Shown one piece after another: positions 44,630-53,617 of a DNA stretch of 64,000 nt. The first letter of the stretch is position 1; each line of letters opens with the position of its first letter. Under the pieces are notes generated by a model. That model was not told the origin of the DNA, ran no database searches, and was given only the letters and a program-made list of their open reading frames with translations. The translations under genes and the position numbers were made by a program. Source of the DNA: Candidatus Blautia merdavium (GTDB lineage: Bacteria; Bacillota; Clostridia; Lachnospirales; Lachnospiraceae); the NCBI GenBank assembly GCA_019119975.1, contig DWVZ01000150.1, positions 4,311 through 68,310 of the forward strand. Reading direction: 5' to 3'.

Positions 44630-45382
44630 TTATCCTCTCTCCATACGGCTCTCAATCTCGATCTCACCAAAGATCTGCTCCTGCCGGATCATTATTTTTC
44701 CCGTTTTCATCAGCTCCAGGATGGCAAGAAACGTAACGATCACCTGCACCTTGCTGGCTTGTCTCTGTAACAGACTGCGGAAGGAAAACCTGGCGTGCTG
44801 CCGGGCGTATCTCTCTACCTCCGTCATTTTATCCGGAAGGCTGACCTCCTCCTGCTCAATCTTGCCGAACTTGCTGCGGATAGGATCCAGTTTATTTTCC
44901 TGCCTGCGCATGACACTTTTAAAGATCTCATTGAGTTTTTCCAGTGTCAGATGATCCAGAAGCCGGGACGTATCCACCGGCTCCCGGTAGGACAGGACCT
45001 CCTTGGGCACAGAGGGCAGCTTGTAGACATGCTTTGCCGCTTCAGCCATACGGTCCCGCAGTTCATAAGACATATACTTATACATCTTATACTCTAAAAG
45101 CTGGCGCACCAGCTCTTCTCTGGGGTCTTCCTCCTCCCCTTCTTCACTGACTTCCTTGGGAAGGAGCATCCGGCATTTAATGGAGATCAGCGTCGCCGCC
45201 ATCACCATGAATTCACTGACCACATTCAGATCTTCCCGCTCCATCTGATGGATATACTCCATGTACTGGTCCGTGATCTCCACAATGGGAATATCGTAAA
45301 TATTGACTTTATTTTTCTCGATCAGATGCAAGAGCAGATCCAGCGGTCCCTCAAACACCTGCAGCTTCACGGGAATTCCCAT
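44630..45382 (-). CDS. scpA: Segregation and condensation protein A
   Basis: 250 aa with the typical FEGPLDLLLHLIEKNKVNIYDIPI N-terminus. Confidence 0.9.
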   Translation of the reverse strand: MGIPVKLQVFEGPLDLLLHLIEKNKVNIYDIPIVEITDQYMEYIHQMEREDLNVVSEFMVMAATLISIKCRMLLPKEVSEEGEEEDPREELVRQLLEYKMYKYMSYELRDRMAEAAKHVYKLPSVPKEVLSYREPVDTSRLLDHLTLEKLNEIFKSVMRRQENKLDPIRSKFGKIEQEEVSLPDKMTEVERYARQHARFSFRSLLQRQASKVQVIVTFLAILELMKTGKIMIRQEQIFGEIEIESRMERG

Positions 45383-45438
45383 GGTTCCTGCTCCTTCCTC
45401 CTGATTTTTTACAGTCCTTTTTTCCGCTGAAAGCCATT

Positions 45439-46674
45439 TTACACTATTTCTCTGGAAAAGTCTACCCTGTCTGCCTGTTTCATTTCCTGCTCCTGCGCCC
45501 GGGTGCAGGGTACGCTGCTGTATCTTGCCTGCTCATAGATCTGGTGCAGACGCTCCCTTTCAGCAGAAGGCTTCAGCCCTGCCTGCTCCTCCAGTTCTTT
45601 AGGTGTTTCCGTACCGGAGGGCTTAGTCTTCCCATATTTCAGGATCTGCTGCCTGTAATATCGGCGGATCCTTTCCTTTGCACTGTATTTATGAAAAAAT
45701 CCGATGACTTTACGCCTTGGTCTCAGTCGTTCTCTTTTTTCTTTTCCCGCTGCTTCGATGGACTCCAGCACATCTCCGTTCTCACTGCGTCCGGCTTCGT
45801 ATCTGCGGTACAGCCAGATGATGAAATACACCACTCCTGCCAGAAATGCCAGGATCACTGCGGCGACCAGCAGCTTTTCCACTGCCTGGAAAAGCGCATG
45901 CAGGAAAGCGGGCATTTGCCCTTCTTCTGCCTTGGGGAAGGGATTCTGGGCGTCCTGGGTCATCATCTGTTCCTCATAGGTACTGTCGCTTTCCAGCCCC
46001 CGCAGCAGCCAGGAAAAGAATGACCGCAGCAGGTATCCCAGTCCGTAGATCCCCTGGCGCAGCCCTGAAAAAGGCAGAAATGCCATGCCTGCCAGGGTAG
46101 CAAGGGTGATCAGCCCAAGCAGCAGACGGTTATTTCCCATGATGGCGCTTTGGGGAAACCTGTGCAGCTTCTGGTTTTCCCGGCATACCCAGAGAACTGA
46201 CTCCCGGTTGCCCACCCAAAGGATCAGCAGCCAGTAAAGCACGGCTGCGCACAAAGCTGTATACTCCAGCAGTGTCCTCTGGAGATACAGACTATAAAAA
46301 TAGACCGCAGCAAATACGCCGAGAAACGGATATTCCGGTCTGCACAGGATCCCATACACATCACGGACCCGGTCCGCGAAATAGCCAAAGGCGATCATTG
46401 CGGTAAAGACTGCAAGCCCTGCCTTCTCCAGCAGACTGCTTCCCACAAGCCAGCCGCCCCAGAGGAAAACACCGGTAAAGAAAAAATAACTCCAGATATG
46501 CTTTCCCTTTTCCTTATTCCAGTACAGACCAAAAACCGGGAGCAAAAAATACAGGGCTTTCAGCAGCTGCCCGGCATCTGCTGCCTTCGACAGAGACAAG
46601 AGGGCAAAATACAGCACAGCTGTCAAAAGCCAGGCATGGATACCTCCATAAAGAGTCAAAAGCCGGTCTCTCAT
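45439..46674 (-). CDS. Polytopic membrane protein with a C-terminal DUF4129 domain
   Basis: About 8 TM helices, then a cytoplasmic tail with the DUF4129-type pattern (RRYYRQQILKYG....ETPKELEE....IYEQARYS). It is the third gene of the MoxR-DUF58 operon. No transglutaminase Cys-His-Asp core is evident. Confidence 0.75.
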   Translation of the reverse strand: MRDRLLTLYGGIHAWLLTAVLYFALLSLSKAADAGQLLKALYFLLPVFGLYWNKEKGKHIWSYFFFTGVFLWGGWLVGSSLLEKAGLAVFTAMIAFGYFADRVRDVYGILCRPEYPFLGVFAAVYFYSLYLQRTLLEYTALCAAVLYWLLILWVGNRESVLWVCRENQKLHRFPQSAIMGNNRLLLGLITLATLAGMAFLPFSGLRQGIYGLGYLLRSFFSWLLRGLESDSTYEEQMMTQDAQNPFPKAEEGQMPAFLHALFQAVEKLLVAAVILAFLAGVVYFIIWLYRRYEAGRSENGDVLESIEAAGKEKRERLRPRRKVIGFFHKYSAKERIRRYYRQQILKYGKTKPSGTETPKELEEQAGLKPSAERERLHQIYEQARYSSVPCTRAQEQEMKQADRVDFSREIV

Positions 46675-46917
46675 CCTTTCTTCACCTCCCAGCGGATCAC
46701 CTGCATAGTTCTGCTGTTTCTGACCTTCAGTTCCATTTCCGGATAAAGAGCTGCCAGAAAGACGCAGCCCTGATTCTTCCTTCTCAGCTCTTCCATAGCA
46801 AGGACAAGCTCCTCATACTGGTTCCTGGTGATCAGGATGCAGAATGCCTCTTCTGACAGCAGCCCGTTCTTCCTGGCTGCCAGACACTGGGAAAATTTTC
46901 CCGGCGCTTTATTCAGA
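46671..46917 (-). pseudogene. Out-of-frame C-terminal part of the DUF58 gene (frameshift or split gene)
   Basis: The frame offset from the DUF58 ORF reads LNKAPGKFSQCLAARKNGLLSEEAFCILITRNQYEELVLAMEELRRKNQGCVFLAALYPEMELKV...KKG. It ends in a TGA that overlaps the ATG of the DUF4129 gene (ATGA at 46671-46674). No usable start codon precedes it. Confidence 0.6.
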
Positions 46918-47797
46918 CCATCCTGGACAGGCTCTGCAAAATCCTGGTGCTCTGCCCCTTGCCGGCTCTGGCTGGCACACAGATCTCTTCCCCGGATACA
47001 CAGTCCCTGCCGTTGCTGATCACGCCGGTTTCTATCCCTCTGCCAAGGAACTCCTCTGCCAGAGCGGCAGCGATCCGGATGCCGGTTTCGTGGAGCTCTT
47101 CGTATTTCCAGATAGTCTCATCCTCCACATCCAACAGCAGCCAGACCTTTCCGGCAGTGGTGGAATCCTGCATATTTACCATATAGGTTCCGGTTCTGGC
47201 GCTTGCTTTCCAGTTGATGCGGTTCATGGGATCTCCCGGTGCATACTCCCGGATACCCCGGAAGGTAAAGGGATCCTCCAGCAGCCGTTTTCTCTCTTCC
47301 AAAACTCCGCTGAGCTTCTGGAACAGCTCCGCAAAGTTCTGTCCGCTCTCTTTCTTCGGATACACGTATAAATAGGTGCTGACCGGGCAGGTACTGTACA
47401 GCTCTCCGGACATCAGAGGCCCCTTCGTGAACAGCTCGGTCTGGGTGATCTCGTAATACCCTCGCTTTAAGGCGCTAAACGACACCTGCCGGATGATCCT
47501 CTGCCAGCTCATGACGGAAAAGATATCTCTCTTATAGGTATTGTCTGACACACTGGCATTCTCTTCTTCGGAAAAACTCAGATTCCGGTTCACCATAAAG
47601 CCCGCCTGGAGCATAGGCAGAAACAGCCATTTCCTGTTTTCAATGATCTCGGTCAGAGTTCCCTCTTCTCCTTCTGTCACAGCTGTCTCCTCAAAATGAA
47701 GTGTCATCCGAAGCTGCCTGTCCCAGTTTTTCTTATAGTACACGCCTGCCAGGTACTGGATCAGAACAGCTCCCAGCAGCACCAGCAGTATCGTCAT
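46913..47797 (-). CDS. DUF58-family protein (MoxR-associated, VWA-like); apparently truncated by a frameshift
   Basis: N-terminal TM helix and the DUF58 signature FRGIREYAPGDPMNRINWKASAR. ATG 47797 overlaps the moxR stop (ATGA). It stops prematurely at 46913 within the VWA-like region. Confidence 0.8.
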   Translation of the reverse strand: MTILLVLLGAVLIQYLAGVYYKKNWDRQLRMTLHFEETAVTEGEEGTLTEIIENRKWLFLPMLQAGFMVNRNLSFSEEENASVSDNTYKRDIFSVMSWQRIIRQVSFSALKRGYYEITQTELFTKGPLMSGELYSTCPVSTYLYVYPKKESGQNFAELFQKLSGVLEERKRLLEDPFTFRGIREYAPGDPMNRINWKASARTGTYMVNMQDSTTAGKVWLLLDVEDETIWKYEELHETGIRIAAALAEEFLGRGIETGVISNGRDCVSGEEICVPARAGKGQSTRILQSLSRMV

Positions 47798-48732
47798 CTT
47801 CCATTTCCCCAATCTTCCGTGGGAACAGGCACCTGTCCCAGGATTTTTTCTATCAGTTCTTTTTCTCTTCCGGCTCCCGTCCCCAGGATCAGCCTGTGGG
47901 CAAGCACCGGAACTGCCAGGGTCTTAATATCCTCTGGTACCACGTAGGTCCGCCCCTGCACATAAGCATACGCCTTTGCAGACTGGAAAAAAGCAATACT
48001 GCCTCTGGGACTTACCCCGCCCAGGATCTCTCCGTTTTCACGGGTTGCCCTTACCAGCTCCAGCAGATACTCCTGCAGCTCCGGGTGCACAGAAACCTCC
48101 CGGAATTCTTTCTGCGCTTTTTTCAGTTCTTCCGAACTGCAGACCGGTTCCAGCTCCAGCAGAGGGTCTGCTTTGTCAAACCGCTCCAGAATGGCAAGCT
48201 CCTCCTCTTTTGTGGGCATCCCCAGGGAAAGCCGCATCAGGAAACGGTCCATCTGTGCCTCCGGAAGAGGAAAGGTTCCTGCATTTTCTATGGGATTCTG
48301 GGTCGCTATGACGAAAAAAGGCTCCTCCAGCTTCCTGGTCACTCCGTCTGTGGTGATCTGTCCCTCTTCCATACATTCCAGGAGACTGGACTGGGTCCTG
48401 GGCGCGGCACGGTTGATCTCATCCCCCAGAAGAATGTTGGTAAATGCCGGACCTTCCCGGAATACAAACTCTCCCTTCTTCTGGTCATAATAATTCAGTC
48501 CCGTCACATCGGAGGGCAGCAGATCCGGGGTAAACTGCACTCTGGAAAACCGGCAGTCTACAGATCTTGCCAGCGCCTTTGCCAGCTTGGTCTTGCCTGT
48601 CCCGGGCACGTCCTCCAACAGAACATGACCTCCCTCCACCAGGGCAGTCAGGATCAGATCGATCACCTTTCTTTTTCCAACGATTACCTTCTCAATGTTA
48701 TCTCCTGCTTTTTTTAAAATATTTTCGTTCAT
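47794..48732 (-). CDS. moxR: MoxR-family AAA_3 ATPase
   Basis: Walker A LLEDVPGTGKTK, Walker B NILLGDEINRA, and the conserved FxVxATQNP (FFVIATQNPIE) motif. Confidence 0.92.
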   Translation of the reverse strand: MNENILKKAGDNIEKVIVGKRKVIDLILTALVEGGHVLLEDVPGTGKTKLAKALARSVDCRFSRVQFTPDLLPSDVTGLNYYDQKKGEFVFREGPAFTNILLGDEINRAAPRTQSSLLECMEEGQITTDGVTRKLEEPFFVIATQNPIENAGTFPLPEAQMDRFLMRLSLGMPTKEEELAILERFDKADPLLELEPVCSSEELKKAQKEFREVSVHPELQEYLLELVRATRENGEILGGVSPRGSIAFFQSAKAYAYVQGRTYVVPEDIKTLAVPVLAHRLILGTGAGREKELIEKILGQVPVPTEDWGNGR

Positions 48733-49637
48733 CTGTCTGATACTCCTTCTGCTTTTTTCTTCCCGGGCTTACAGGTGATCACCAGCAGCTCTCTGGGATT
48801 AAAAATTCTCAGAGGAATGGTGTGTTCTCCCAGCCCGGCACTGACAATGGCTGTTCTGTCTCCTTCCTGAAACTTTCCCCTGCAGTAGCGGGGAAAAAGC
48901 CTCAGATCCGGGCTTATGGCGCCTCCCAGCCCGGGAACCCGGACCATGCCCCCGTGGTAATGCCCGGAAAGGGCAAGGTCGGCTCCCCAGGCAAGATATT
49001 CCCGGGTATATCTGGGCGTATGGGCGAGAAGGATCTGGAATTCTTCTGCTGCAGCTCTCCCTGTAAAATGATTTAACTCCCGGACCGTCAGCTGTTTCTT
49101 CTTTCCCTTATTGTAATAAAAATGGGGAAGCGCCAGACCGGTAACTGCCACGGCTTCTCCTTTGAACTTTTCATGGGCTGTCCTGTTTTCCAGCAGATGC
49201 ACCCCCAGCTTGCGTATCCGCTTCTCAAAGACCAAATAGTCCCTTCCAAAGGTTTCCGGATATAATTTCATTCTGTGCTCATGATTTCCCAGAGAATAAT
49301 AAACCGGGGCGATCTTCACTGCCTCTTTCAGAAACTCCAGCGCCGGTGCAAGAGGCGCCTTCTTTTTCCCCAGCACCAGATCTCCGGCGATCAGGATGGC
49401 ATCGGGCTTTTCCTCCCTTATGGCAGAGAGAAGCTTCTCATTTTTTTCTCCGAAGACTACATTGTGAAGATCGCTGACCATCACGAAGGTCAGATTTTTC
49501 TTGGATAATTTCTCTGTGGTAACTGTGTATCTGGTTTTTACAAATTTCTTCAATGTCTTTACCTGCTGCTTTCCCAATTCATATGGATTTTTCAATATTT
49601 TAACGCATTTTGCCGCAAAAAAAAAGAGGCTTGTCAC
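48729..49637 (-). CDS. Calcineurin-like metallophosphoesterase (YkuE-like)
   Basis: Motifs VSDLHN, AGDLV, GNHE and GHYHGG. The stop overlaps the moxR start (ATGA). The ORF-track start is a GTG at 49637 with no clear RBS, so the true start is uncertain. Confidence 0.8.
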   Translation of the reverse strand: MTSLFFFAAKCVKILKNPYELGKQQVKTLKKFVKTRYTVTTEKLSKKNLTFVMVSDLHNVVFGEKNEKLLSAIREEKPDAILIAGDLVLGKKKAPLAPALEFLKEAVKIAPVYYSLGNHEHRMKLYPETFGRDYLVFEKRIRKLGVHLLENRTAHEKFKGEAVAVTGLALPHFYYNKGKKKQLTVRELNHFTGRAAAEEFQILLAHTPRYTREYLAWGADLALSGHYHGGMVRVPGLGGAISPDLRLFPRYCRGKFQEGDRTAIVSAGLGEHTIPLRIFNPRELLVITCKPGKKKAEGVSDR

Positions 49638-49652
49638 CCAAAAGAAAGAGCA

Positions 49653-49700
49653 CTAAAAAGAAAGACCTTGCGCCGGAATACATCACGGCACAGGTCTTCC
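49653..49700 (-). terminator. Probable intrinsic terminator downstream of the dacA-like gene
   Basis: Minus-strand GGAAGACCU...(23-nt loop)...AGGUCUUUC followed by UUUUUAG. The large loop lowers confidence. Confidence 0.45.
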
Positions 49701-49715
49701 TTTCCAGTGAAAAGT

Positions 49716-50894
49716 CTATTGGCTCCCCAAAAAATATTTCCAGGTCTTTTTCAGATAATCTCCATAGTCTGCCCGCTGTGCGTCCTCTGTCAGAACGATC
49801 TTTACCGCTCCGATTTTTTCCCCATCCAGATAATACTCTGCCGTTCCGGCTGTATCCCCTTTTTTCGCCGGAGCCTGGATGCTGTCCTTTAGCTGTACCT
49901 TTTTCTCAATCTGCTCCAGCGCTTTTCCCTGGGTATCCAGATACCGGAACTCCCCTGCATATTCACAGGAAATCTCTTCCTCCCTGGCGCCTTTCAGCGC
50001 AATCTTGGGCAGAGGCTCCTGATTCTCATCCACATAGAGGCTGCAGGTGCCGAAGCCCAGGTTCAGCATGGCAGCCGCATCCTGAAACCGCACCTTATAA
50101 TCCGGCGCTGTCATTACCACACTGATCAGGGTAATGCCGTTTCTCTGCGCCACCGCAGATACGCAGTATTTTGCCGCGCTGGTGCTGCCTGTCTTTAATC
50201 CCACGCAGCCCTCATAGCTGCGGATCAGTTTATTGGTATTGGTCAGCCCAAATTCACTGCTGCCCTTGTCAGTTACATGGGTAATGGTATCCATCCACAC
50301 AGAAGAGTATTCCAGGATCTTGGGATACCTGGTAACAAGTTCTCTGGACATAAGCGCCACATCGTAAGCGCTGGTATAATGGTTGTCAGACTCTGTCAGC
50401 CCGCAGCAGTCCTCGAAATGGGTATTTTCCATCCCCAGCCCTGCGGCTCTCTCATTCATGCGCCGGACAAATTCGCCCTCGCTTCCTGCAATGTGCTCTG
50501 CCATGGCGACGCTGGCATCATTGCCCGATGCAATGACAATGCATTTGATCAGAGTTTCCACGGTCTGCTTTTCTCCCTCTTCCAAAAATACCTGGGAGCC
50601 GCCCATGGATTTAGCGTAAGCACTGGTCACCACAGGATCCTCCATATGTAAGCTGCCCTTTTCCAGCTCGTCAAAGATCAGGATCAGCGTCATGATTTTT
50701 GTGATACTGGCTGGCTTTACCTTTGTATCTTTTTCTTTCTCATAAAGCACCGTCCCTGTGGAAGCTTCCATCAGGACTCCATGGGGCGCCGTGATCAATG
50801 CTTCTCCTTCTGCCCTCACCGGGGCTGCCATGCCGGACAGCAGCCCGAAAAACACCAGCATGCCAATCCAGAACTTCGCTGCCGCTTTTTGCAT
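49716..50894 (-). CDS. D-alanyl-D-alanine carboxypeptidase (peptidase S11, PBP5/DacA-like)
   Basis: Signal peptide MQKAAAKFWIGMLVFFGLLSGMAAPVRA, SxxK (ASITKIM), SxN (SGND), KTG (KTGST), and a PBP5 C-terminal domain. ATG 50894 follows an AGGAGCAG RBS. The 110-codon upstream extension overlaps the neighbouring gene. Confidence 0.88.
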   Translation of the reverse strand: MQKAAAKFWIGMLVFFGLLSGMAAPVRAEGEALITAPHGVLMEASTGTVLYEKEKDTKVKPASITKIMTLILIFDELEKGSLHMEDPVVTSAYAKSMGGSQVFLEEGEKQTVETLIKCIVIASGNDASVAMAEHIAGSEGEFVRRMNERAAGLGMENTHFEDCCGLTESDNHYTSAYDVALMSRELVTRYPKILEYSSVWMDTITHVTDKGSSEFGLTNTNKLIRSYEGCVGLKTGSTSAAKYCVSAVAQRNGITLISVVMTAPDYKVRFQDAAAMLNLGFGTCSLYVDENQEPLPKIALKGAREEEISCEYAGEFRYLDTQGKALEQIEKKVQLKDSIQAPAKKGDTAGTAEYYLDGEKIGAVKIVLTEDAQRADYGDYLKKTWKYFLGSQ

Positions 50895-50992
50895 CTTACT
50901 CTGCTCCTGGCTGTACCCTTTACAGTATTCTAAGCCGCAAAGCAGGAAAATATGACAAAAGACAAAAGAAAAAACCTTTAAACACCAGCGGT

Positions 50993-51577
50993 CTAAAGGT
51001 TTTCCTGAATGATCTCTTTTCTTTCTCCCCCGGAAGAAAGCCTGTCCCTGCGTCTCACATAGAGACTGTGCAGAAAGTCCGCGGCAAAGAGAAGCAGCGC
51101 CAGACTGCCCAGCCTTCTGCCCATTTCCACAGAATAACTGCTCACCACATGCTCCACGCTCCTGTGAAGGAACCAGAACAAAAACACCGTATAAAATCCC
51201 CAGGCAATGGTACTTTCCAGACACAAAATCCCTTTATAATTAAAGGGTTTCTCTGAATAATCCCACCAGACCTCCCCGAAAACCCGGAGCATCAGGCGCG
51301 CGGTGAAGTATTCCAGAAGCGTCGGAAAGATGCAGCCCAGAAAATACAGCAGCAGCACATTGTGGCATACCGGCTGCAGGATAAAATAAACAGAAAGGGC
51401 GCCCACCCCGTAAATAGGACAAAAAGGTCCTTTCACAAAGCCTCTGTTGGTTAATTTTCTGTTGCAGACAGACATATAGGCGGACTCTACGATCCAGCCC
51501 AGGATACTGTATATCAGGAACCACTGGACAATATGGTAGACATCGGTTCCCAGCATTGGTTTTGCCCACGGCATCAT
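50993..51577 (-). CDS. Membrane protein of the DUF1113 / putative ABC-transporter type IV family (short paralogue)
   Basis: 194 aa and TM-rich, with the same YS.LGW..ES.Y.S...KL.NRGF..GP.CPIYG motif as 2973-3896. AAGGAGAG RBS. Confidence 0.75.
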   Translation of the reverse strand: MMPWAKPMLGTDVYHIVQWFLIYSILGWIVESAYMSVCNRKLTNRGFVKGPFCPIYGVGALSVYFILQPVCHNVLLLYFLGCIFPTLLEYFTARLMLRVFGEVWWDYSEKPFNYKGILCLESTIAWGFYTVFLFWFLHRSVEHVVSSYSVEMGRRLGSLALLLFAADFLHSLYVRRRDRLSSGGERKEIIQENL

Positions 51578-51702
51578 CTTATCTTCTCTCCTTAGCTTTC
51601 AAAATCTCTTTTTCATCATAGCATGAACTTTCTTATATGTCTATTCCGCCTGCTGCTGTTTCTAAAATTATCCTAAACTTTCCATAAACAATTTCCACAA
51701 TT

Positions 51703-53238
51703 TCACAGCATCGGCGCAAACAGCCTCAGAATACTCTGCAGTCCTCTGCGAAAAATATTCTGGCTCTGACAGAATTTCAAGTCGATGAGCCTGCACTGCT
51801 CAAAGGTTTTCACCATATCTTCCTTTACCTGCCCTACGGCTCTGCACCGGTACATCCAGGCTGCGCACTCAAAATGCAGGTACAGACTGCGGTAATCCAG
51901 GTTAATGGTCCCCACCACTGCAAATTCATCATCACAGACAAAGTTTTTCGCGTGGATAAATCCCGGTGTATATTCATAGATCTTAACCCCCGCCTCTACC
52001 AGCTGGCTGTAATAAGACTGGGTCAGCAGGAACACAACCTTTTTATCCGGGATCGCCGGGGTGATGATCCGCACATCCACGCCCTTTTTGGACGCCAGGC
52101 ACAGCGCTGTCATCATTTCATTGTCAATGATCAGATAAGGAGTGGAAATATACACGTATTTCTTTGCCTGATTGATCATATTCAGATATACATTCTCTCC
52201 CACAGTCTCACTGTCCAGAGGGGAATCCCCGTAAGGCTGCACATATCCATCTGTCTCAAACTCCTCCGGATGATAGATATAAGGACCATACGCCGGAAGA
52301 TGGGTCGTTGTCCTGGTGATCACAGACCACATCTGCAGGAACATGACGGTCAGGTTCCACACGCCTTCCCCGCAGAGACGGATCCCGGTATCCTTCCAGT
52401 GTCCGAACCGCACCTTCTCATTAATGTATTCATCTGCCAGATTGATTCCTCCGGTATAGCCGGTATGTCCGTCGATCACCAGAATCTTTCTGTGGTCCCG
52501 GTTATTGAGTACAATATTTAAAATAGGGCGCACCGGGTTAAACGCCGCGCACTTGATCCCCTTCTCCTGAAGCTTTTTATAATACCGGGCAGGCAGGGTA
52601 TTGACACAGCCCATATCGTCATAGATCAGCCGCACGTCTACCCCTTCCTTCGCCTTTCTCTCCAGCACATCCAGGACCGTCTGCCACATTCTTCCTTCGT
52701 CGATGATAAAATACTCCAGAAAGATAAAGTGCTCCGCCTTTTCCAGATCTTCCATCATATCTACAAACATGTCGTCTCCCACCGCATAATATTTGGTGGT
52801 GGTATTTTTATGCAGGGGGAATCCTGCATAGTCCCGGATATAGGCGGACTGTATGGAAGCCCCCTCATCCAGGGTTTCCAGTTCTTTTCTTGTCCCGGCA
52901 TCCTCTTTGAAATAATTCCGGATGCGTCTGACCACCATCTCGGATTCCAGCATCATTTTCTTCGCCACTCGCGACTGTCCCAGAAGCAGGTACAGCATCA
53001 CGCCGAACACAGGAACTGCCAGGATCAGGATGGTCCATGCCAGCTTGTAAGAAGGATTGATCCTTTTATTTACGATCCACAGCGCCAGGACCAGGCTCAG
53101 CAGAGAGATGACGTTCATCACATAGCCGGAAAAAGCCCCCAGCCCCAGGACCATGGCGAAAATCCAGATCAGCTGCAGAAGCACCGCTACGACTGTCACA
53201 AAAAGTCTGCTGGATATCAGGTCAATAATTTTTTTCAT
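51703..53238 (-). CDS. cls: Cardiolipin synthase
   Basis: Two N-terminal TM helices and two HKD motifs (HRKILVIDG....GGINL; HAKNFVCDD....GTINLDYRS). I chose ATG 53238 (MKKIIDL) as the start. Confidence 0.92.
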   Translation of the reverse strand: MKKIIDLISSRLFVTVVAVLLQLIWIFAMVLGLGAFSGYVMNVISLLSLVLALWIVNKRINPSYKLAWTILILAVPVFGVMLYLLLGQSRVAKKMMLESEMVVRRIRNYFKEDAGTRKELETLDEGASIQSAYIRDYAGFPLHKNTTTKYYAVGDDMFVDMMEDLEKAEHFIFLEYFIIDEGRMWQTVLDVLERKAKEGVDVRLIYDDMGCVNTLPARYYKKLQEKGIKCAAFNPVRPILNIVLNNRDHRKILVIDGHTGYTGGINLADEYINEKVRFGHWKDTGIRLCGEGVWNLTVMFLQMWSVITRTTTHLPAYGPYIYHPEEFETDGYVQPYGDSPLDSETVGENVYLNMINQAKKYVYISTPYLIIDNEMMTALCLASKKGVDVRIITPAIPDKKVVFLLTQSYYSQLVEAGVKIYEYTPGFIHAKNFVCDDEFAVVGTINLDYRSLYLHFECAAWMYRCRAVGQVKEDMVKTFEQCRLIDLKFCQSQNIFRRGLQSILRLFAPML

Positions 53239-53302
53239 AAATTGTCTTTTTCTCCTGAAAGGTAAAAAAGCCTCTGGCATTTCCAGAGGCTTTTACTGCA
53301 CA

Positions 53303-53479
53303 TTAATTATATTTACGTTTTCTAGCTGCTTCAGATTTTTTCTTACGACGAACACTAGGTTTTTCGTAATGCTCTCTTTTACGGATTTCCTGCTGAATGC
53401 CTGCCTTAGCACAGCTACGCTTGAAACGACGTAAAGCGCTATCCAAAGTCTCGTTCTCTTTTACGATTACGTTTGACAT
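53303..53479 (-). CDS. rpsU: 30S ribosomal protein S21
   Basis: The sequence is [58 protein letters not shown], a typical 58-aa S21. Confidence 0.95.
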   Translation of the reverse strand: MSNVIVKENETLDSALRRFKRSCAKAGIQQEIRKREHYEKPSVRRKKKSEAARKRKYN

Positions 53480-53617
53480 AGTCTCACACCTAACCTCCCT
53501 CCAGCTGTAAATTGTGCATAATACAACTGTCTGGGTATTTTTATTGCACAACAGATATTATACCAGATTTTCTCTATTCGTCAACTGTTTTAAATGATTT
53601 TTTCTAAAAAATCGCAA

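Noticed and set aside
47701-48717. A 338-aa plus-strand ORF antisense to moxR.
   Set aside because: It is opposite a gene with unambiguous Walker motifs. It has no RBS and no recognisable domain.
51874-52521. A 215-aa plus-strand ORF antisense to cls. The same applies to 52729-53265 and to 55154-55975, which is antisense to alaS.
   Set aside because: These are shadow ORFs opposite well-supported housekeeping genes. They show no translation signals.
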